Shown: positions 1 to 9,294 of the stretch, piece after piece
How positions within the stretch are numbered: the stretch's first letter is position 1
Layout: each line of letters starts with the position of its first letter
Assembly: GCA_000934665.2 (NCBI GenBank)
Contig: KZ538041.1
Span: 124,001-147,182 of the forward strand
Reading direction: 5' to 3'
Source: Catajapyx aquilonaris
Taxonomy: Eukaryota
DNA length: 23,182 nucleotides
The notes under the pieces: generated by a model
What the model was told of the DNA's origin: nothing
The model's database searches: none
Seen by the model: only the letters and a program-made list of their open reading frames with translations
Position numbers and translations under genes: made by a program

Positions 1-383
1 ATTAACGTCACGATCAGCACGTTTGCATATATTTAAAACTGGATAAGTTGCGGTTACAACACAAAGCAATGGCTGGTTGAAACCAAGAGAAAGGTCCTGT
101 TTTTAGACGGTTTATACTGTAGGAGCGACACGAAAAGCCACTATCTCACCGAAAGAGCTGGGGATAATATTTCATCCTTCCGGCCACCCCGCATTTACTG
201 ATGTACCCGGTTGCTGCCGGGTTGGTAAAGTGGAAGCTCCATTACAACATAGTGTGCTGGGGGCGAATATATTCGGAGACCCATGGTGGTGGAAATCGAC
301 CAGTCACACACTGACATGGACATATGCTTACGATTGTAACGTGGTTGCAATAGTGACGAGCGCACTAAATTATTTTTCTGCAA

Positions 384-440
384 GTGCACACGCGGATGCA
401 TCACTTTTTTTCGCAAAAAAAAAAAAAAACCGAGCCAAGA
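384..440 (+). repeat. Degenerate dispersed repeat, copy 1 (partner at 20877-20942)
   Basis: GTGCACACGCGG...T7-CGC-A15-CCGAGCCAAGA versus GTGCAGAGGCGG...T8-GC-A11-TCGAGCCAAAA. Confidence 0.45.
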
Positions 441-1817
441 CCGTGACTTATAAATATTACAGCCCACAAACTTCAAAACGTTTCTGAACCGTCTCCCTTT
501 CGCGAGCAGGTCACGCCCCATGACCCTCTCTTCCCCAAGCCAGTTTCGCTAATGAGCTCTCCATTTCAGAAACCCAAATAATTCCGAATTTTAAAAAAAA
601 CTTGCACATTCAGCATTTTCACACCACTTTTTTTCCCCCCATTCTGCAACTCCAAAAACCCAAGACGACGTTTGAAACATGAGAATTCTCCAAGACTGAT
701 AGCCTCTCTTAGCTCCAACTTGCCTTTCCATTATCCTCCAGGCTCATTTCTCGGGGAATTGGAAAAGCTGACTCCAACAGCGAGTGAGAGAAAGCCAGTT
801 CCTCTAAACACAATCAGAAACCGACACTTGCGACACTCCCTCGGCCACAATTCTTGCGTCTCAAAATGGCCAGCAATAAACTTCTTTAGCAGGAAATGAG
901 AGTCCTCCAGGGAAGTTATTTATTATCGGGACTACTCGGCATAGATTAGCCCACCCCTGCTCTGGCTTCTAGACAGTGTTTATACAATAGGCTGAAGTAC
1001 AGGTGCACTATCGACGCATGCCCAGAACTTTGGTGCAGATGCAGCACATTCGTCTCCAGAGTGGCATTTGTCTTATACATAAAATATTCTATCAGGAGAT
1101 GCAACACAATGACGGACAGATGGCGCGTATGCACATATATGTTGCTCCAGAGAGGGAGCCACGGGGGCCGCACTTTTCGTCCCTAATAGGCTGATTAATC
1201 CGGCCGGAATAAGCAGATTACATTATGAAAGCCAGCTTTTAGCCGGGCTTAATCCTGTTAGGCTGTAAACACCCGTGTAAGAAACGGATGTTCCTTTGCA
1301 CGGTCAGTAACGTGGCAGAATCGCCCAATCTTCCGTGACGAAAGCCCGTCCCAGTGTATATGGCGGAGAAACGGGGCGAAAAAAGTAGTCGAAAGTTGGC
1401 CCCCCCCGTTCCTTCTTTTTCCTCAACAGCATCCATTCGGCACAGAATGGGACTCTTGGTCTCCGGAGTAAACGAGGATTATTGAACGGCATGAGGAAAC
1501 TAAGGCTGGAAATGTGCAGTGCAAAGGAAGCGGGCGGGGATCCACATCACATTTAAGAGGAAGAAGACGCCTTGGACTGAGAAATGTCTCGGAGGTTTTC
1601 CCGGAAGGACCTACCCTCAGAAAATTCAGAATCGCCGGAGAAAATTTACACGTTAATGCACCGCCATGAATATCTCCTCATTAGTACAGACTCATATGCG
1701 CAGGTCGAGTTGAAGCGATGCTTAAACTTTTGAATTGCTGGAGACTTATGTGGCAGTAAGTCATTGTGTGAAAAGTTTTTATCTCCTTGGCCTGCTCCAG
1801 TCTTATTAAAGTACGAG

Positions 1818-1886
1818 GAGTCAAGAGTGGGTCCTGCAGAGAGCCAAGAGTGGGTCCTGCAGAGAGCCAAGAGTGGGTCCTGCAGA
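1818..1886. repeat. Tandem repeat, 3 x 23 bp (GAGCCAAGAGTGGGTCCTGCAGA)
   Basis: Units are 1818-1840 (one mismatch, GAGTCAAG...), 1841-1863 and 1864-1886 (the last two identical). Confidence 0.95.
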
Positions 1887-3420
1887 ATTCGGAGGCTGCG
1901 TAGGAAATATTTTGCTGAAACTGTCCTCACCTTAGAAGCAACAGCCAACTTTCACAAACACTATTTCCATTCGAAACCGATATAACCAGCCAAATAGCCT
2001 CCCGTTATTGTAAAGGGAACCATACCACAACAGACGCGACTGTAACAAGATATGCATACTAAGTACGGCGTACGTGGACGAAGCAGGCCATAACACCACA
2101 CACTTTTTTTTATCTATCCTCCACATAGAATGCCCCTAAAGGCAAAAAGGTGGAGCGAAAAGAGCAAGTTATTTGGGCTTCAGAAGAGCGGTGCAGCACC
2201 GAGGATCCGCCTGAATATTGCATTGCATTCCTTAGCATATGGGGCGAATGCATTATGCCACACGAGGTGCAGCCTGTATGTTAATACCTGCATTTTGGCA
2301 ACCTTCAAGGCGCTTCCAGGCTGAGTGCCATCCAGGGATGACACAACGGCGCCTGTCAGTGTCAATCGGAGGATGGCATATGTCCGTACATTTCGAGAAT
2401 TCTGTCGCCTAGGCACTACGCTTCTTGAGTGAATATTGTGATAGTGCATTCGAGTGATTCTTTCAAGTTTGGATTGACATAACCATTGTTGTCATTGAAC
2501 GCCACTCCAAATGTGCAAAATTTTTAAAAGACGTCTCACCATGTATAATAAGAGCAATAATAGTAAAACCACACACTCTCCATAACAATGTTCCTGCAGC
2601 AGTATACATCGCCGAGAACAACCGAAACTGTATGACGGGACGGACATTTTCCCTGCACTAATCCATGTAACTGCCCTCATTAAACGGTAACGTGAATGCG
2701 CCAAAACGTGTTTTTTTTTCCATTTGTATAAACTGGACCCTAGGGAAACTCCACATGTTAACGAATATGAAATTCTTGTCTCGTATGGCTCACCCGGTTC
2801 CATTCCATACAAAAACTAACTGATTAATTAATTGCAGTGCTGCTGATTCCGCGCGTTGCACATGGCGTCTAATCAAATAACCATATAGTGAGTACACTTG
2901 CAAAGTCAACGAACGGCTTACTAAATTATTTACTGTGCATCTGAACAACCATATAACAATGCCCGCTTTCCGAAGAGCATGCAAATACCCAGTTATGCCA
3001 ATTTAGACCTAGAATATATAGGCCTATGATCTCGTAGAAGCAACTGCGAGTTTGAAGGATTAGCACCATCGACTGAAGCCACGTCCCTGTTAAGCCCAGC
3101 TAATTCATCATGGTGTGGTGAGCCTGGTATCGTCCCGCCACATCACAAGTCTCATTTCCTCAAAACCCCAAGCCCAAAACCATCTTCGTTCCCGCTGCTT
3201 CCTCCTCCAGCCCCCTCCTATTCTTATGCATCAGTCTATCCAAAGCACCGCTCCTGTTCAACCGCCCCTCCATTTGTAAATCTGAAATTTGTTGCTCCAG
3301 GCTCTAAGGCCTTTTCTCCCCCCTTAATGAAGGGAGGACCGGGCTTCCCAAATGTGCCAGACAGATTATGTTGCTTCACAAGTCTGCATCGTCGGGATAT
3401 CAGAGCGGTGTCGGATTCGC

Positions 3421-3481
3421 CCGCCATTTTCTACTTGAGGGGACGCCACAATAGATGGCGTGTGTTGGAGTGGCGCCATCT
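3421..3481. promoter_or_regulatory. Cluster of YY1/Pho-like and CTCF-like core motifs in a CpG-rich patch
   Basis: CCGCCATTTT at 3421-3430 (YY1/Pho consensus), AGATGGCG at 3453-3460, and its inverted copy CGCCATCT at 3474-3481 (AGATGGCGC resembles the arthropod CTCF core). Function is inferred. Confidence 0.4.
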
Positions 3482-5410
3482 CTGATGTGCGACGCGTGTA
3501 AAACGATGCAGCGACGAGGTCAAGAGCCATCGCCTGGCTTTTATGCAGCGAACGTAACGAGGATAAGCTGTCTTAGTAGGTGACTTATACGAGAGAGCAG
3601 GCGGGTAGCAAAGAGGTGAGAAGAGGCCGGGGCCCGTCGTCAACAGGATTATCATCGGCGCACTTAGCAATTTGCCAACTCCGCCGGCACGGGATTGTAA
3701 TAGGAAATTTACGAAGGCTCTAGACGAAGTTTCCCGGCCATTACGGAGGCGAGGGAGTAGATCGAACGCCCGGCTTCGGAGACAAGTTATGAGGTCAATT
3801 AGTTAAGGAACACGACTATTTCGACCCCTCCAGTAACTAACTAGCTGGGAGATAGCTGGCTGATACTGATGCTGTGCCGTGGCATCAGATGCTCTGTGCT
3901 TCCAGTCGGACAAATCGATGCTTTTCTAGAAATGTTTGTGATGAACGAGGCAAAGCTGGCTCAAAGGAGAATATCAAGAAAAGAAGAGGATAAGCCCGTG
4001 TTCTGGGAAGCGGATGTAAGGCTCGGTTAGTTCTCTCCAAAGGGATTTCAAGAAAGAAATAGCTCTGCCAAACAGCCCGACCCATTCCCTCTGCATATTT
4101 AGAGAAGCCAAGAAGCAGAAAGAGAGAAGGTGGTGATCCATTTTCTGGCCCACTTCTTCCGACAAGAGAGCCCATTTGAATCGGCCTGCTTTATCGACTG
4201 CCACTCAGACACTAGATAAAGCATAAAAAACTGTGTGTGTACCATAAGATGTATGTGTGTGTGCAGACAAAGATTTTTCAGAGCCATGATTCCGACGACA
4301 GTCCCACACAATGCATGTTTATACGACTGTCTCGAATGAAAGACTACCTCTTTTCCCACCAGCAGCATCTAAGAATGATACATTATTATTACCTCCAAAA
4401 GGTCAGAGGGAATTACCCTAGATTAGATGCCACGACGCAGATTAAGGCTGAAGTCTACGAGATATTGCATCCCAAACCAAATTAGTGGGCGCCTCTTTTG
4501 TGCTAACTGAATTGGACGCCCCCAACGGAAAAGGGCTTATTTTAAGACATTTGCGGTCGCAACGGAGGTGACCTAAACTTAGTCCAGCCTCAGCACAAGA
4601 AGTATTGGCGGATGTGTGCCTGTAGGCGACGGGAAATCAATGATGCAGTCGATCCCCATCGAATTGCTTCTGGGTGGCGGAGGGTAACAGTGAAAATTGC
4701 GGCTGCCACCCTCCTTAGGCTATTGGGTTTTCTCAACCCCCCACGATCCAGACAAAAAATTTCACCCTCATCTTCTAGAAGCTCGCAGATTTCTTATTTA
4801 TTTACCTGCACTTGCCCGTATGCGGCAAGCAGGGATGGGAATAAGGGCAGATGGACTCCTGGGCAGCAATTCGATATTGCCCCCGACACTCTTCCCACGG
4901 TCCCGTCCTCTTTCCATGAATTGCAAAGTGAAAGCGGATTCGCAAACTGTGCCCAGGGTTCGGGGGGGCCGAGTGAGGATTTCCCCGCCTATCCTCTATT
5001 GATCCCACTCGACAAATTACCTGATAAAACCTTTTCTTTTCCAACTTCTCTCACTCCAAGCTAGCCCCTTCTGCAGAATCACCAGCCATTACCAGGTGAC
5101 ACACATTGCACGGATGCGGTTATTATATGGGCCGAACGGCAATGTAAATTTAAATCCGGACTTCCAATTTGTTTTTGCTAACCCGCAGCAGCGCTGCGAT
5201 TAATTGAAATGAATGTTTGGCTTTTCCCCGGACCTAATTGGCCGCATTAAACGATTAAGTGACTGCCGCTAAATGAATGTATACATGACGTAGTTTTGTA
5301 AACAAGGAACAGAATTAAACAGTCCCGGGGGTATCATAACGAGAGGTTTTCTTTCAACAAAAAGTTCCAGAGATTGTACTTTAAAATTATATAACGTAGC
5401 TCATACGTTG

Positions 5411-5761
5411 GCCCCGCCCAAAATTCGCGTGACCACAGAATCACTGTAGATCTTTGCGCAGCCTCATCTGGTAGAATTCGCGTGACCAATCACAGAATCA
5501 CTGTAGGTCTTCGCGCAGCCTCATCTGGTAGAATTCGCGTGACCAATCACAGAATCACTGTAGATCTTTGCGCAGCCTCATCTGGAAGAATTTCGCGTGA
5601 CCAATCACAGAATCACTGTAGATCTTTGCGCAGCCTCATCTGGAAGAATTTCGCGTGACCAATCACAGAATCACTGTAGATCTTCGCGCAGCCTCATCTG
5701 CTAGAATTCGCGTGACCAATCACAGGATCACTGTAGATCTTTGCGCAGTCTCATCTGGAAG
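5411..5761 (+). promoter_or_regulatory. GC box followed by five repeated CCAAT (NF-Y-like) boxes within the minisatellite
   Basis: GCCCCGCCC at 5411-5419. GACCAATCAC occurs in units 2-6; unit 1 lost it through a 4-bp deletion. Motif match only. Confidence 0.3.
5422..5761. repeat. Minisatellite, 6 tandem units of ~57 bp (consensus AATTCGCGTGACCAATCACAGAATCACTGTAGATCTTTGCGCAGCCTCATCTGG[T/A]AG)
   Basis: Units read directly: 5422-5474 (53 bp, lacks AATC), 5475-5531, 5532-5588, 5589-5646 (58 bp), 5647-5704 (58 bp), 5705-5761. There are only a few substitutions per unit and no spacers. Confidence 0.97.
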
Positions 5762-5860
5762 AAAGTGGGGATCACCGTAATCTGAGTTCATTAAGAGACG
5801 TGGATGGCAATCTCCGGAGGAATCGACACCTTCCACTTTCAAACTCTTCGCAAGGGGGGA

Positions 5861-5874
5861 TCTCTCTCTCTCTC
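5861..5874. repeat. (TC)7 microsatellite
   Basis: TCTCTCTCTCTCTC read directly. Confidence 0.8.
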
Positions 5875-7134
5875 CTGCTGTAATCCTCTGGTCGGATTGC
5901 TCGGGAATTACAACGCCTACGGTTGCTAGAGAGGACCCCCCTTCTCTCCCTGATCAATGGTTTTCGAGGCGATGGTGCGAACAAGAACAGAGCCTTCCGA
6001 GCAGAGGGAATTGAAGCAGACTGTCTTGGTCTACACCCCGCAGAGGAAATTCGATTGCCGAAGAGGTTGTGGGGCCTACTCCCCACAACTGACGGTAGGC
6101 CTAAAGAGTTTTGGGAATTGTCATGAGTTGTGCGGGCTATACCCGTGCGAAAAAAAAACCTACCAAGCCAATCGATTTCCGATAGTCGAATTTCACGCGC
6201 CTTCTTGACTTGCTATAGACAGTTATTTTCTTTTTTTTTTACTATCGAGGTGGAACGAAAACAAATTACCCAAAGCGGACAGGTGATTTATCATTCAGAG
6301 GTGGATTTGAGTAAGGACCTGCAGGTCTGAACGTAGGGGGATAATAATTGGAAAGTGACGTCAACGTTGCCACTGATTCTCCTACAATTTCTGCGTATTT
6401 ATATAAAAAAAGAGGAACTTCCTCCCCTTCAATAAGAGCCCATTTGCTTCCCTAATTCCAATCGATCGAGACCAATCAAAAGAGGAGGAGGCAACAAACC
6501 CCAAAAGTCCCTGGAAAAGGCGGTTGAATTTGCTGGAGCTCTAGCATTCCCTAGTGTGTGCCTTTTAAATATCTAAAGCGGTTGGGCATAAGTCATGTAA
6601 TAATGGATGAAACTCGTAGAAACATTTTTTTACATAAGTAATTAGCCCAGATATGCCTGAATTAGTTTTTACCTTAAAAAAAAGCATTTTCTTTTTATTA
6701 TCAAATGAACTACAACAATAACTACATGTAGCACACATCTAGCTACATTTTCGTCTGAATCAATCAGAGCGTTGCAATGTGGTCAACAATGTCGCCATCA
6801 ATTGCTCGCTTCACGACAGTTATCCTGTCCATAATACCCGATCAACAGCGTGCGATTCAGTCCCCCCAGGCCATCTCCCTTAAAAACAACACCCTCCATT
6901 ACTATTCACGACTGCAAAATTAAGCACTTGCCCCTGCTTCTCGCCAATTGGACATGAAATATTCACCACGTCAAATAGCCTGCGACGGGCAAAGGGGCCT
7001 TCAGAACGGTCAATTTATTTGGAATCACCTGGCTGGGTTTCCAGGGGGCGCAAACAACAATCCGGGCGGGGGCTCCACCCCCCAACCCCTTTATGGCGGG
7101 TGTGGACAAACAATCAAGCCTGATTTTTTTTTTT

Positions 7135-7179
7135 GGGGGGGGGGGGNNNNNNNNNNNNNGGGGGGGGGGGGGGGGGGGG
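7135..7179. other. Poly-G tract interrupted by an assembly gap (G12-N13-G20)
   Basis: Read directly, preceded by T11. The true length is unknown. Confidence 0.95.
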
Positions 7180-9233
7180 AGAGGTCACTTACAAAAGCCG
7201 GACCTCGGATAAGGGCAATATTGTGGCTCCATCTCTCTAAGCCTTCATATGTGCAGTTTGCAACCGGTCCCAGCTGCGTTTTACAGGGTAAGCCGGACTC
7301 TTTTGTGCTCCCCCCCAAAAAAAAACATGCAAGTTAATTATGCAATTATGGCCTAAAACCCCGTTATTAGATTAACCGGAGCCACAAAGTAAATATCAAT
7401 TTTGTGGCAGCACTGTCCCTGACCGTTATGCCGGGATGCGACTGATGGTGAAAAACTTGCATACTTTAAGGTGCTGACAGGTTGTAACTTTAAAACAAAG
7501 TTAAACCATGCCGGTACTGTACGATGAAAAAGGACCGTGTGATATGGAAATAGTCGTGGACAATTCGATCACACTGTAGAAGTTGGAGGAAACTTCTTGT
7601 TACAGGACCTGCACCAAAAGTGTATTAGAGTCTACCTGTACAGAATAAAATTTGTGTACAGTGAAAACGCTATTTGCTACAGTATATACAGTAAAATAAA
7701 AACAAAAGCACTAAATATTTAAAAAGGCACCATTAGTCACCGATGGCTTGCTTATGTAACGGCTTTTCTTTCTAAACTTACTGAGGTTATTAGCGAGACT
7801 CTGACACCCTGGGGAGGGCCTTTGGGAAAATGGGCACCTGCCTCGACCGCCTTATCCAAGTTTATGGTTCAAAAAAGGGGCGTTAAAATATATTCCAAAT
7901 GATTTGGTGTCATAGAGGCGCTAGAGGGGGTAACGTAATAAAGGCACTTCTTGGTGACAGTTAAATTTATGAGAGAAAATATGATATATGAATTTTTAAT
8001 TTGTGCATGTATCATAATGTGTACAGGCAATTCGTTGTTTGAAACAATTTGATGGCGACAGGGCAGGAACCTCGTATATCAGCGTGTGATTTTGAAACAC
8101 AATAACAATGCTCATTAACTCAATTGATATTATATTAGTGAACTGCCCCCAGTCAGCGAATTATGACTGTGTGACGCTAATTCACACGAAGTTGAGCCAA
8201 TTATTATCGAACTGCAAACGCGCCTTTAGAGTATACAATAATACTAATTAGCAGTGTAAATTATTGCACAGTTGCATTTATTGGAGTAAATACGGCTTCA
8301 CTGATATTTTCCTCAATATTTACGTTCATCTTCTTAATATTCAAACCGTGGGTTACGACTATTTACTGCCTTTTTAGAACTGAAGTGATGGCCTCATCAT
8401 TGAAAGTGTGCGGCTCACTTTACAGCTTATGGAATTATTACAACGGTCCAGTTACCACTGGGAGACTCCTGATTGCAGTTGTTAAATATTAAAGTTGCCT
8501 CTTCTAACGCGGCTTTAATTAAGTTATTGTGGGTATTTCATAGGGGGTGTTTTCGTTCCCCTTGCCCTCAATTTAATCGTTATTGGGAAAGGATCTGAGT
8601 TGGTTACTGCTCCTATTTCCATATCTATTATTCGGCACGGAATCTATCCAGATCAGGCACAAATCTATTGTACTTCGTCCTTATTAAACCCACATGCTAA
8701 TCCTCAATTATTTCGCCATGGGAGGCGAGAGGCTTTGAAAGAACGTTGCCGATACGGGAATTCAAAGGGATCATGAGGAGCTGCAATCACAAAGTTAATT
8801 GCCAATGCGCGGTTTAATGCCATTGTAATCACCGTGTATTTGTCAGCCCCAGATTTTTGAAATAATAGTTATTTGATAAAACCATCGTATTCTTCTATTT
8901 CCATATACAAACGACCGTAGTGTAATCCTATTTCTCCTTAAACTCTGGACCCGTGGCCACTGTTGCAGCACTAGAACGTAATATATTCCGTGGCCACGTC
9001 TGCAGTCGGGTACCTAAATGATTCCTTCCCAGAACGGAACCAGTGAAAGCCAAAAGCAACTTGCCGTAACAATGTCATGTAAGCCTATGTGTCATTATGC
9101 AAATGTATCGAAACAATTAATGATAATTACATGCAGGCACATAGCATTTGCAGTACATCAAAATAGTGGTGCCCACCACATCATAAAGTGAAACTGTGTT
9201 CAGTTCTATGAGTACGGTAATACAAGCGAATAT

Positions 9234-9294
9234 GCCCCGAATAATGTTGTAAGTGACATTGGTGAAAATGATCACTTACAACATTATTCGGGGC
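9234..9294. repeat. Perfect inverted repeat/hairpin, 23-bp arms with a 15-nt spacer
   Basis: GCCCCGAATAATGTTGTAAGTGA (9234-9256) is the exact reverse complement of TCACTTACAACATTATTCGGGGC (9272-9294). The spacer can add a CATT/AATG pairing after a 1-nt bulge. Confidence 0.95.

Noticed and set aside
1818..1886. Mini-CRISPR from the 23-bp repeats
   Set aside because: Head-to-tail repeats without spacers.
4612..5064. Longest ORF (150 aa) as a CDS
   Set aside because: Ser/Pro/Arg-rich, no recognisable domain, overlapped by similar ORFs in other frames. Expected by chance in a GC-richer patch.
5422..5761. CRISPR array
   Set aside because: Units are contiguous near-identical repeats with no unique spacers. 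There are no cas genes and the context is eukaryotic.
5475..5761. Repeat-encoded protein (RIRVTNHRITVDLCAASSG)n
   Set aside because: One frame of the 57-bp unit is stop-free, but the 53- and 58-bp units break the frame and there is no start or splice support.
7124..7325. MITE bounded by T11-Gn and C7-A9 inverted ends
   Set aside because: The ends are only homopolymers, span an assembly gap, and show no TSD.
8951..9005. Direct repeat CCGTGGCCAC..TGCAG x2
   Set aside because: Only a 10-bp exact match with a 37-bp period, too short to interpret.
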